Of a stretch of 64,000 nucleotides of DNA, positions 1 through 8,364 are shown piece by piece. Position 1 is the first letter of the stretch. Each line of letters starts with the position of its first letter. The stretch is from an uncultured Rikenellaceae bacterium. GTDB taxonomy: Bacteria; Bacteroidota; Bacteroidia; Bacteroidales; VadinHA17. The position numbers were made by a program, and so were the translations under genes. Under the pieces are notes generated by a model, which did not search any database, was not told the origin of the DNA, and saw nothing but the letters and a program-made list of their open reading frames with translations. The DNA lies in NCBI GenBank assembly GCA_964429295.1, contig CAYSBL010000012.1, positions 1,646 to 65,645 on the forward strand, written 5' to 3'.

Positions 1-33
1 CTTCTGATTCGCAATAGCTATGATCCTTCCCAT
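1..33 (-). CDS. ParA/Soj-family ATPase, first 11 codons only (gene continues off the left edge)
   Basis: Reverse complement of 1-33 reads ATG GGA AGG ATC ATA GCT ATT GCG AAT CAG AAG = MGRIIAIANQK. This is the typical ParA/Soj N-terminus just before the KGGVGKT Walker A. The fragment is too short to be sure. Confidence 0.4.
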   Translation of the reverse strand, partial: MGRIIAIANQK

Positions 34-282
34 TTGATTTCTGATTGAAATTCCTTGTTTGTTTTGAGCTTCAAATTTACTACTTATGAATTTTTAGCTT
101 CGGAGAGCCAATAATGTAATTGTAAACATTTTATTTGTCCTTATCAACATCTTATTAACAGGTCTTCCTTTTGAAAGTTGTTGTGATCTCAAAGTTAGCG
201 ACTTCTGCAATATCGCAATTTTTACTATCCCTTAGAAGCTTTTATTCTGCATTTATTCAGATATTTGTCCAAAACGATCCCG

Positions 283-1236
283 ATGGAAAAAACTGTAACT
301 ACCCCTGAATGGTGCGCTATATTCAATCCCAATGCAGGCAATGCAAAGGGTTTGAAGGACCGCGACAGGATATGTGATATTCTTAACAGGAACGGCATAA
401 GGTTTTCTGCGCTCACGACTGCCGGGAAAGGTCAGGCTACCGAGTTTGCGAAGGTAATGCTTGCTGAAGGCTACAGGAAAATCATATCCGTTGGAGGCGA
501 CGGAACGTTAAACGAGATCATCAACGGGGTTTTTACGCAGGACCACTGCCGTCCTTCTGAAGTGACTATCGGACTGATTCCAGTGGGGACCGGGAACGAC
601 TGGGGCAGGATGTTTGGGATACCGCTGGTTTATGAAGGGGCTGTTGGTGTTATCAGGGAAGGCAGGACAATGCTTCACGATGTTGGTGTTATAGATTATT
701 TCAAGGGAACTGAAAAGCACAGGACCTATTTTATCAATATTGCCGGACTGGGATTTGAAGCTGTTGTGATTGTCAGGACCAACAGGCAGAAGGAAAAAGG
801 CAGAAGCAACAAAGCGATCTATCTCTACAACCTTCTCCGCAGTCTTATCTCATACAGGAACATGCCGGTTGAAATCACGATTGACGGAACCACAAGCAGT
901 GCTAAAATATTCTCGATCAACATAGGCAATGGCAGGTATTGCGGCGGGGGCATGAGGCAGACACCCGATGCCCTGCCCGACGATGGACTGCTCGACATTA
1001 CGGTCATAAAGGAGATGGGGAAGCTTGAAATAATAAGGAGCCTGAGCATGCTTTACGACGGAACCATTCTGAGCCATCAGAAGGTCGACGGATACAGGAG
1101 CAAAGGACTTAAGGTTACCTCTGAATTGCAACTTAATATAGAAGCTGACGGTGAATCGCTCGGTCACACGCCGGCTGAGTTCAGCATCATTCCGTCGGCA
1201 ATAAATATCATTTACGGGAAGAAACTCATTCAATAA
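283..1236 (+). CDS. diacylglycerol/lipid kinase family protein (YegS/BmrU-like)
   Basis: ORF 265..1236; position 265 is TTG and the first ATG is at 283. Has the GGDGTLNE motif (ISVGGDGTLNEIINGV) and GTGNDW, with a length typical of the DAGK catalytic-domain family. Confidence 0.85.
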   Translation: MEKTVTTPEWCAIFNPNAGNAKGLKDRDRICDILNRNGIRFSALTTAGKGQATEFAKVMLAEGYRKIISVGGDGTLNEIINGVFTQDHCRPSEVTIGLIPVGTGNDWGRMFGIPLVYEGAVGVIREGRTMLHDVGVIDYFKGTEKHRTYFINIAGLGFEAVVIVRTNRQKEKGRSNKAIYLYNLLRSLISYRNMPVEITIDGTTSSAKIFSINIGNGRYCGGGMRQTPDALPDDGLLDITVIKEMGKLEIIRSLSMLYDGTILSHQKVDGYRSKGLKVTSELQLNIEADGESLGHTPAEFSIIPSAINIIYGKKLIQ

Positions 1237-2347
1237 CCTCTATCTCATAGAGGTTCGGCCACCTCTTACCGGTGACAAAAATCCTTCCCTTAGTCTTATC
1301 CCATGCTATTCCATTAAGGACATCAGCATTCACTTCCTGTCTTTTAGCCTCGGGGAAAAGGCGTGACAGATCGACATATGAATTCACCCTGCCGCTTTTC
1401 GGATCGATACGCGCAATAAGGTCGGTCATCCAGATATTTGCCCATATCTCACCATTTATGTATTCCAGTTCATTAAGCTGGTCGACCTTCTTTTCATTGT
1501 CGTAAACCTCAAGGCGCGATAAGGCATCAAACATGTCCGGCTCATGGAAATACAGGATATTGGTCCCGTCACTTCTGACTATCCTGTCATCCATTGTAGT
1601 AAGACCCCAGCCTTCGCCCTGGTAGTATATTTTGTTGATGAGCCTGAAATCGGAAAGGCCATAGACGAATCCAACCTTGTTCTGCCATGTTACCTGGAAG
1701 ATTCTGTCGCCGTAAAGGGTTATCCCTTCCCCGAAAAGGGAAGCATCAAGGTTATGCTGCCGTATCACTTTTCCTGACTCAAGTTCCACGGTCCTGAGTG
1801 TAGAACCCGACTCCTGGCCAGTACCCTCATACATGATCCCTTCGTGAAAAAACAGTCCCTGGGTAAAGGCACCAGGATCATGGGGGTAGGTTCTGACAAG
1901 CCTGTATCCAAGCCGTTTGGGAGCTGAATTTGAATAGATTATAATAAATCTTGTCACCGACTGGGTAAGACCGGTTGTATAGGCAACGGCTTTAACAGGC
2001 TTACGTCCCGTCGTTCCGGTGAAATCGCCTGTAACAGTGCATTCCCATGGAGCCGATTCGAGTACCGAGACCTGCTTACCGTCATAGAATACCTTTACCG
2101 AGTCGGGGGGGCCGGCATCTGCTTCGGGTTCAAGGGAGATCTTAACCAGGTCGTTAAGCTTAAATGCAGCGTTCTCAGCCGGGGAGTTCATCCTTATAAG
2201 ACCGGCCGGAAGTTCCTGGTTGTTTTTAGCTTTGATATCAGTAACAGATTTGACTGCATTTCCGGCCCTGTTTGAGCATGATCCCGCAACAAGAGCGGCA
2301 GCAGTCAAAACGATAGAAAGTATTGATTTCAGGGTATCAGCCTTCAT
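1226..2347 (-). CDS. glutamine (glutaminyl-peptide) cyclotransferase, beta-propeller type, lipoprotein with extra N-terminal domain
   Basis: ORF 1226..2515 trimmed to the ATG at 2347, giving MKADTLKSILSIVLTAAALVAGSC (lipobox). The C-terminal ~260 aa carry YPHDPGAFTQGL, YEGTGQ, FGEGIT and QVTWQNKVGFVY, typical of plant/bacterial-type QC. Confidence 0.8.
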   Translation of the reverse strand: MKADTLKSILSIVLTAAALVAGSCSNRAGNAVKSVTDIKAKNNQELPAGLIRMNSPAENAAFKLNDLVKISLEPEADAGPPDSVKVFYDGKQVSVLESAPWECTVTGDFTGTTGRKPVKAVAYTTGLTQSVTRFIIIYSNSAPKRLGYRLVRTYPHDPGAFTQGLFFHEGIMYEGTGQESGSTLRTVELESGKVIRQHNLDASLFGEGITLYGDRIFQVTWQNKVGFVYGLSDFRLINKIYYQGEGWGLTTMDDRIVRSDGTNILYFHEPDMFDALSRLEVYDNEKKVDQLNELEYINGEIWANIWMTDLIARIDPKSGRVNSYVDLSRLFPEAKRQEVNADVLNGIAWDKTKGRIFVTGKRWPNLYEIEVIE

Positions 2348-2789
2348 TCTGTCTGTCTCTTTTTCCAAACAAACGCCGCAGACTGTTCTTCCTTGCATTG
2401 GCAATCTGCCTTTCCATCTCCTGCTGGTGCAGATCGAAGGGAACCAGCATTTGCCATATCTCGCTCCAGCCAGGAAATCCGCCGATGTTCTTATCGTCAA
2501 TAAAAACATCCGCATCTATTTTCCTGCTGATTGATTCATCATATACTTCCTCAGGGTAGTTACGGTTTACGGCATAGAATTCTATCCCGTTCTTCCTGCA
2601 GAATTCGACTGCCTGTTCAAGTTCAGGTCCTGCCCTGAATGTCCATAGAATAAGCCTTGCGCCAAGTTTTTCCAGTTCCTTGAGAGTCTGAAATGCAAAA
2701 AGTTTCTCCTTGCCGATACCGGGATATTCATGTTCCACAATGGTACCGTCAAAATCCACTGCAATCCTTATATTCTTTAAACTTATCAT
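2337..2789 (-). CDS. small HAD-superfamily hydrolase-like protein
   Basis: 150-aa ORF with an ATG start. N-terminal IAVDFDGTIV matches HAD motif I (DxDGT). Substrate unknown. Overlaps the downstream cyclotransferase gene by 11 nt. Confidence 0.6.
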   Translation of the reverse strand: MISLKNIRIAVDFDGTIVEHEYPGIGKEKLFAFQTLKELEKLGARLILWTFRAGPELEQAVEFCRKNGIEFYAVNRNYPEEVYDESISRKIDADVFIDDKNIGGFPGWSEIWQMLVPFDLHQQEMERQIANARKNSLRRLFGKRDRQNEG

Positions 2790-2890
2790 CCAGACAGTAA
2801 TAAATCATGCAAATCTAATAATTTCTCCCAATCATGTGAAATTTATGATAATTTTGCTTGCTGTCATTCCGATGGCGTCATATTACCGAC

Positions 2891-3613
2891 ATGAAGCACA
2901 TTCCGAATTTCATCACCTGTCTCAACCTTGCTGCCGGATTCACAGCCGTGATTTTTGCCTCCTCCGGTTCTCTCACTGTTGCATCATGGCTTATCCTTGC
3001 CGCGATGATCTTTGATTTCCTCGATGGTTTTTCGGCCCGTCTGCTACATGCATATTCAGAAACCGGGAAAGAACTCGACAGTCTGGCGGATGTTGTCAGT
3101 TTCGGAGTTGCTCCCGCCATCATCATTCATGAAATGATAAAAGCCGGGATCACGGCAAATTCTGAAACATCAGCTATCCTGACTGATTTCCTGCCGTTTG
3201 TCCCTGTACTGATGCCTGTCCTCGCAGGGTTAAGGCTTGCGAAGTTCAATGTCGACTCCACTCAGTCTGAAGTTTTCAGGGGATTGCCAACGCCGGGAAA
3301 TGCCATTGCTGTTATATCCGTCGTACTGGCTGCCGCGTATTCAAAGTCACCGCTGATCACGTCGCTTACAGGTTCTCCGGCAGCGCTTGCAATATACACC
3401 GTCATACTTTCCGTGCTGATGGTAACCCGTATCCCTCTTCTTTCAAACAAATTCAAAGGCTTCAGGTTCAGCGGCAATGAATGGAGGTTTATAACGGCAG
3501 GAATTACTGTTGCCATGCTTGTCATCTTCGGCATAACCTCAGCTCCGCTTATAATACCGCTGTACATACTAATATCGGTAGCCGCTCATTATCTGGCCTT
3601 TAACTCAAAGTAA
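2891..3613 (+). CDS. pssA: CDP-diacylglycerol--serine O-phosphatidyltransferase
   Basis: ORF 2858..3613 trimmed to the ATG at 2891 (MKHIPNFITCLNL). Has the CDP-alcohol phosphatidyltransferase motif DGFSARLLHAYSETGKELDSLADVVSFGVAP and a multi-TM body. Confidence 0.85.
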   Translation: MKHIPNFITCLNLAAGFTAVIFASSGSLTVASWLILAAMIFDFLDGFSARLLHAYSETGKELDSLADVVSFGVAPAIIIHEMIKAGITANSETSAILTDFLPFVPVLMPVLAGLRLAKFNVDSTQSEVFRGLPTPGNAIAVISVVLAAAYSKSPLITSLTGSPAALAIYTVILSVLMVTRIPLLSNKFKGFRFSGNEWRFITAGITVAMLVIFGITSAPLIIPLYILISVAAHYLAFNSK

Positions 3614-3678
3614 CAATTTCTTCAGCAAGCAGTTAAAAGCACTTCTGTCCAGGCTACCGCAAAATTCGCGAAAGCTTT

Positions 3679-3804
3679 TCAGCTCTCCTCCCTCTCAGGA
3701 GGATGTTTCTTTTCGTAGTACTTCAAACCAGCCTTAACGGCAAACCAGCTCACAATTATGAAAGCCGGCCAGATAAGGTAGTTCAGGATTCCGGAAATAT
3801 ACAT
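3679..3804 (-). CDS. 41-aa single-TM small protein downstream of cydB (not in the ORF track)
   Basis: Reverse strand ATG at 3804 to TGA at 3679-3681. Encodes MYISGILNYLIWPAFIIVSWFAVKAGLKYYEKKHPPEREES, a hydrophobic helix followed by a charged tail. Same strand as cydAB. Existence as a gene is unproven. Confidence 0.4.
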   Translation of the reverse strand: MYISGILNYLIWPAFIIVSWFAVKAGLKYYEKKHPPEREES

Positions 3805-3842
3805 GACTTAAGGTTTAATCGGATGTCTTTTATCAATGTTGC

Positions 3843-3915
3843 TTGTTACTGGTTACTGGCTTTGCCCGCCATAGCTTTAGCGGAGGCGGGTTGCTGGTTG
3901 CCCTGCGCCCTGCGC
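3843..3915. repeat. mosaic heptamer-repeat/hairpin element abutting the cydB stop codon
   Basis: TTACTGG x2 (3846-3859). Hairpin CCCGCC(3865-3870)/GGCGGG(3885-3890). Then GGGTTGCTGGTTGC (3888-3901) and CCTGCGC x2 (3902-3915). Shares exact strings with the elements at 47843-47905, 45408-45451 and 54488-54623. Confidence 0.7.
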
Positions 3916-5046
3916 CTAATAAACATGTCCTCCCTCCTGCAGTTCATCGCCGGTTATCCTTTTCCTGTTTATTGCTTTCCAGGCGTACCATATGTATGCA
4001 ACCACGAAAGGCACTATGAATGAAACGTACATCATGGTTTTAAGTGTAAAGAAGCTCGATGAGGCCTTGTCGATGGTCAGAGAGCTTCCCGGATCGGAAA
4101 CCGAAGGATAAAATGCAGTGCCGTTGAAGCCGGCAATAAGAAAGAGTGCCATGACTGCAAGGATTGTCCCGGTTCCTGTATACCAGATTGCGGCCCTGCC
4201 GGCTTTGAACAGAGCTGTTCCAATTCCGTAAAGGACACTTACCACTCCTGCGAGGAAGATTACCAGCACAAGCGGCATTTGCCAAAGGTTGTGAAGGTAC
4301 TTGAACTTCTCCATGGTGACTGCACCTGTGTTGCTGTCGTAGGCGAATCCTTCTGAGACAAGGAGTACTATTACGAAGAACAGGAAGAAAACCAGGAATG
4401 AAAGGGAATTCATCGCCAGTTTCCTTCTCGATCTTTCATAAAGATCTTCATCATCAACGGTATTGATAATATAGAGCAGGCCGTTTGTCCGGGCCAGGAA
4501 AAGCACTGCCAGCCCGAGTGCCAGGTTTCTTGCGCTGAGAAGAGCTTCAAGACCGTGCCAGGATGTTCCCCAGCTTACCTGGTTTACCTCATTGAGGCTG
4601 AACTGTGAGCCTGTGAAGAAAGTAGCCACTGCTGTTCCGATAAGAAAGGGGCCCAGTGAACCATTGATAAAAAGGAAAGTGTCGAAAGTTTTCTGGCCCA
4701 GGATGTTGGATGGTTTAGAACGGTACTCGTAAGCAATTGCCTGAATTATGAAGCTGAAAAGTATGGCAATCCAAACCCAGTAAGCTCCTCCGAAGCTCGC
4801 AGAATAAAAGAGGGGGAATGAAGCAAAGAAAGCGCCTCCGAAAGTGACCAGGGTGGTAAAGGTGAACTCCCATTTTCTTCCCATGGCATTTACCAGCATT
4901 GATTTCTGAAGATCGTTTTTCGGAAGGGAAAAAATCATTGATTGTCCGCCCTGGACAAACATCAGGAATACCAGCAGGCTTGCCAGAAGGGATATAATGA
5001 TCCACCAGTAGCCCTGCAGGAACATATGTGAAATAATTGTTGTCAT
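3916..5046 (-). CDS. cydB: cytochrome bd ubiquinol/menaquinol oxidase subunit II
   Basis: 376-aa polytopic membrane ORF directly downstream of cydA. N-terminus (YWWIIISLLASLLVFLMFVQGGQ) and length are typical of CydB. Confidence 0.92.
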   Translation of the reverse strand: MTTIISHMFLQGYWWIIISLLASLLVFLMFVQGGQSMIFSLPKNDLQKSMLVNAMGRKWEFTFTTLVTFGGAFFASFPLFYSASFGGAYWVWIAILFSFIIQAIAYEYRSKPSNILGQKTFDTFLFINGSLGPFLIGTAVATFFTGSQFSLNEVNQVSWGTSWHGLEALLSARNLALGLAVLFLARTNGLLYIINTVDDEDLYERSRRKLAMNSLSFLVFFLFFVIVLLVSEGFAYDSNTGAVTMEKFKYLHNLWQMPLVLVIFLAGVVSVLYGIGTALFKAGRAAIWYTGTGTILAVMALFLIAGFNGTAFYPSVSDPGSSLTIDKASSSFFTLKTMMYVSFIVPFVVAYIWYAWKAINRKRITGDELQEGGHVY

Positions 5047-5058
5047 GGCGTGGTCCTC

Positions 5059-6615
5059 CTAATGTTTTGGTCCGATTTTTATCTGCCTTATCATTATTGA
5101 TACTTCTGCTATCAGCAGGACGGTAAAAAGAACTGCAAACATAATGAAGGTTGTTATTACCGATCCGGTGCTGACCCGGGTGACGGCCGTTGTAACCGGC
5201 ATGAGATCCTGGATAATCCATGGCTGGCGTCCCATTTCTGCAAGAACCCAGCCGAGTTCCCCTGCTACATATGGAAGCAGGATTGAAAAGAGGGCGAGCC
5301 AAAGGAACCAACTATTTTTTCTGAGAGTTCCACGGAACAGGAAAACCAGGGAGAGGAAGAATATCAGTATAAAAAGGAATCCGAGCATCACCATAACGTG
5401 GAAAGTGTAGAATGCGACCTTCACACCCGGGATAACGTCTTCCGGGCTGTTAAGCGATGCATAGCCGAAATACCTGAAATTATCTTCCATGAATTCCCTG
5501 TCGCTGAATAATGCAGCGATACTTTCGGCTTTCCGGGTGTCGTTGCTTTTCCTGGCCTCTTTGTATTCTATAAGAAGGTCGCGAGCCCTTTTTCCCCTCT
5601 CCATCTTTTCCGAAACTGAGAGCAGGCCCCTTTCGGAGTTGCCGTTTACAAGATCGTATAATCCCGGCACAAATGAATCAGCACTTCCGCCGGTCATCAC
5701 AGAAAGGAATCCGGGGATTTCTATCCTGAACGCAAAATCATTCACCGCTTTATCCCCAATCTTTTTGTCTGATTCCTTCAACAGTCCCACTGCAACCAGT
5801 CCTGCCCGCTCCTTCCCCTCGTAGAGGGCTTCAAATGCAGCGAATTTTACCGGCTGGGCCTTTGCAAGCGCTCTTGCCGAAGTATCGCCGGTGTAAACCA
5901 CTAGGAGGGATGACAGCAGACCAAATATGCCTGCTACCAGAATACTTCTTTTAGCAAGGAGAATCTCGCGGTTTTTAAGGAGGTAATATGCACTTATTCC
6001 AACCACGAACATCGATCCCAGGAGGAAGCCTGAAGAAATGGTATGAAGGAACTTGGTGACAGCCACTTCATTGAAAAGAACATCCCAGAAACTGACCATT
6101 TCATTTCTTGCAGTTTCGGGGTTGAAGACCATTCCGACGGGGTTCTGCATCCAGGCATTGGCGACCAGGATCCATAATGCTGAAAGATTGGCACCGACAG
6201 CCACCAGCCATGTGGAAACGAGGTGGGCCTTTTTGCTAACCTTGTTCCAGCCGAAAAACATCACGGCAACAAAAGTCGATTCAAGGAAAAAGGCAAGTAT
6301 GCCTTCAATGGCAAGGGGTGCGCCAAAGATATCCCCGACAAACCAGGAATAGTTTGACCAGTTGGTGCCGAATTCAAACTCAAGGATCAGTCCGGTTGCC
6401 ACGCCGATCGCAAAATTGATCCCGAAAAGAGTCATCCAGAATTTTGTCATACGCTTCCATTCCTCATTACCTGTCTTTACATAGATAGTCTCCATTATTG
6501 CCAGGATAAATGAAAGACCCAGAGTAAGCGGAACGAAAAGCCAGTGGTATATGGCCGTAAGTGCAAACTGTGCCCGCGACCAGTCCACGAGGGATAAGTC
6601 TAAACTTTCAAACAT
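5059..6615 (-). CDS. cydA: cytochrome bd oxidase subunit I
   Basis: 518 aa. N-terminal LSRAQFALTAIYHWLFVPLTLG, a long Q-loop and the EMGRQPWIIQ motif are characteristic of CydA. Confidence 0.95.
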   Translation of the reverse strand: MFESLDLSLVDWSRAQFALTAIYHWLFVPLTLGLSFILAIMETIYVKTGNEEWKRMTKFWMTLFGINFAIGVATGLILEFEFGTNWSNYSWFVGDIFGAPLAIEGILAFFLESTFVAVMFFGWNKVSKKAHLVSTWLVAVGANLSALWILVANAWMQNPVGMVFNPETARNEMVSFWDVLFNEVAVTKFLHTISSGFLLGSMFVVGISAYYLLKNREILLAKRSILVAGIFGLLSSLLVVYTGDTSARALAKAQPVKFAAFEALYEGKERAGLVAVGLLKESDKKIGDKAVNDFAFRIEIPGFLSVMTGGSADSFVPGLYDLVNGNSERGLLSVSEKMERGKRARDLLIEYKEARKSNDTRKAESIAALFSDREFMEDNFRYFGYASLNSPEDVIPGVKVAFYTFHVMVMLGFLFILIFFLSLVFLFRGTLRKNSWFLWLALFSILLPYVAGELGWVLAEMGRQPWIIQDLMPVTTAVTRVSTGSVITTFIMFAVLFTVLLIAEVSIMIRQIKIGPKH

Positions 6616-6618
6616 AGG

Positions 6619-6846
6619 CTAAGGTTGTTTTATTAGTTGTTCCAGAACGTGTTCACTGCGCTGCTCATCCGTCCGGTAGTTCTTCCTGAGGAAATCAGGG
6701 AAAAAGAACAGTTTCAGGATAATGAAAATAACAAACAACTTGATCAGCAAAATGATCCAGATGCGTTTGCCCCACCACGACATTGTTGTGAAGCCTTCAT
6801 AGTAGAACCTGAATACCCTGTTAAGCAAAGAAACAAATGAGTTCAT
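6619..6846 (-). CDS. DUF4492-like small membrane protein preceding cydA
   Basis: 75 aa with one TM (WIILLIKLFVIFIILKLFFF). Sits immediately upstream of cydA, as is usual for the Bacteroidota DUF4492 family. Its ATG overlaps the stop of the upstream AI-2E gene (ATGA). Confidence 0.7.
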   Translation of the reverse strand: MNSFVSLLNRVFRFYYEGFTTMSWWGKRIWIILLIKLFVIFIILKLFFFPDFLRKNYRTDEQRSEHVLEQLIKQP

Positions 6847-8063
6847 AATATTTCCTGCTGGTTTTCCTTCGCCTGCCCAGGTTTCCTCCTTCGCTTCCTC
6901 TTGATTACAATTCCCTGGGGGCCCTGAACAAATGATTCTTCCCCTTCCTGATTCTCATCAGACAGGCTTGAAGTTATTTTCTGAATAGCCTTGAATCCAT
7001 AAAAGAACTCCCTTGCAAACACCCTGAGAACCGTGTAGGTGGGTATTCCAAGAAGCATTCCCGGAATTCCGGCAGCGAACCCGGCAGCCAGGACTACAAT
7101 AAAGATCTCAAGCGGATGCGCCCTGACGCTGTTTGAGAATATTACAGGCTGGAATATTATATTGTCAATCAGCTGCGTTACAGCCACCACTAACATCATG
7201 TACATCACCATCGGAACCACCACAGTCGAAAAATCGAGGTTAATATGGGTGGCTATGCCCATTATCATCACAATAAAAAAACCGAGCCAGGGGCCTACAT
7301 ATGGGATAATGTTGAGTGTACCGACAATCAGCCCCATAACCAGAGCCTGCTGGAACTCTATACCGGTTATTGTCATTCCGATTGTAATCAGAATCATTAT
7401 GCAGGTGCTCTGGATAACTATTCCGATAAGGTACCTTGTAAGAAGCTGCTTGATGGAATTAAGCGCCCTGGTTACGTTTTCAACGTAATTGTCGGGTATC
7501 CACATCAGGATCGATTCATAGAAAAGATGCTGGTCCTTGAGAAAGAAGAAAGTAATGAAAGAGATAGAGAATGCCGCCACGGCTATATTACCGAGAACAC
7601 CAACCATCGATCCCATGAAATTCTGGATCACCTCTATATTAAGAACGCTTTCTATCTTGGAGGCAATGTAATCGGTAACTGAAAGCTTGCCTGAAATATT
7701 GGGATTAATAGTGGTAACAATCTCTTCGATCTTCTTTACCGGCCCCTCAATCAGATCCACTATTTTGGACCCGTCGATTGTCGAAAGGTAATTTATCTGC
7801 CTGGTTATAAGGGGGATGAAGACATACAGAAAGAGAGCTATCAGTCCCCATATGACAAAAAGCGTCAGCAATGCACTCAGGGCTCTCGGAAACTGCCATT
7901 TTCCGATTCTGATACGGCTTAAAAGGTCAACCAGGGGCCGGCCCATAACCGAGAGAACCCCGGATACAAGCACATAGACAACAATGCTCCTGAAGTACCA
8001 GAGTAAGAAAAGAAAAAGAATGACGCCCAGAATGATCAGGATGGTCCTAATAGAGGTTTTCAT
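6843..8063 (-). CDS. AI-2E family transporter (PerM/UPF0118)
   Basis: ORF 6843..8090 starts at TTG; the first ATG at 8063 gives MKTSIRTILIILGVILF. Eight or so TM segments and a conserved C-terminal half (IPYVGPWLG, LGIPTYTVLRV) are typical of AI-2E transporters. Has a basic, low-complexity C-terminal tail. Confidence 0.85.
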   Translation of the reverse strand: MKTSIRTILIILGVILFLFLLWYFRSIVVYVLVSGVLSVMGRPLVDLLSRIRIGKWQFPRALSALLTLFVIWGLIALFLYVFIPLITRQINYLSTIDGSKIVDLIEGPVKKIEEIVTTINPNISGKLSVTDYIASKIESVLNIEVIQNFMGSMVGVLGNIAVAAFSISFITFFFLKDQHLFYESILMWIPDNYVENVTRALNSIKQLLTRYLIGIVIQSTCIMILITIGMTITGIEFQQALVMGLIVGTLNIIPYVGPWLGFFIVMIMGIATHINLDFSTVVVPMVMYMMLVVAVTQLIDNIIFQPVIFSNSVRAHPLEIFIVVLAAGFAAGIPGMLLGIPTYTVLRVFAREFFYGFKAIQKITSSLSDENQEGEESFVQGPQGIVIKRKRRRKPGQAKENQQEIL

Positions 8064-8220
8064 CAAAGGGTCTTTTCTATATATATACAAACCTAATCAG
8101 AAAAATCGTAATTGTTAAATTTTTGTTGTTCAAACTGTAGTGGCTGCTGTGTTCGTGAGGAAAAACCGGAAGTATTTCGACAAATCCGGATCTGCAGGTA
8201 CTTCAGAAAAATCTGAAAAT

Positions 8221-8290
8221 AACGATAATTTTTTTACCCAAAACGATAAGCTGGTTATTGTTTTACGATAATTTTTTTACCTGAAACGAT
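8221..8290. promoter_or_regulatory. phased ACGATA hexamer array (two 27-nt direct repeats) upstream of the AI-2E/cydAB unit
   Basis: ACGATAATTTTTTTACCCAAAACGATA (8221-8247) and ACGATAATTTTTTTACCTGAAACGATA (8264-8290) match at 25/27. ACGATA starts at 8221, 8242, 8264 and 8285, a spacing of 21, 22 and 21 bp. Confidence 0.45.
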
Positions 8291-8364
8291 ATGTATTTCA
8301 AAAGGCGTGAAGGCATTGGGGTCATGGTGTAATGACTGCCTACTACTCCCTGCCAGCTGCCATT

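Noticed and set aside
3703-4023. 106-aa plus-strand ORF between pssA and cydB.
   Set aside because: It overlaps the cydB 3' end and the repeat element antisense. The opposite-strand 41-aa ORF and the repeat element explain the region better.
4715-5311. 198-aa same-strand ORF spanning the cydB/cydA junction in another frame.
   Set aside because: It overlaps two strongly supported membrane-protein genes out of frame. The translation is Arg/Gly/Pro-rich with no hydrophobic segments.
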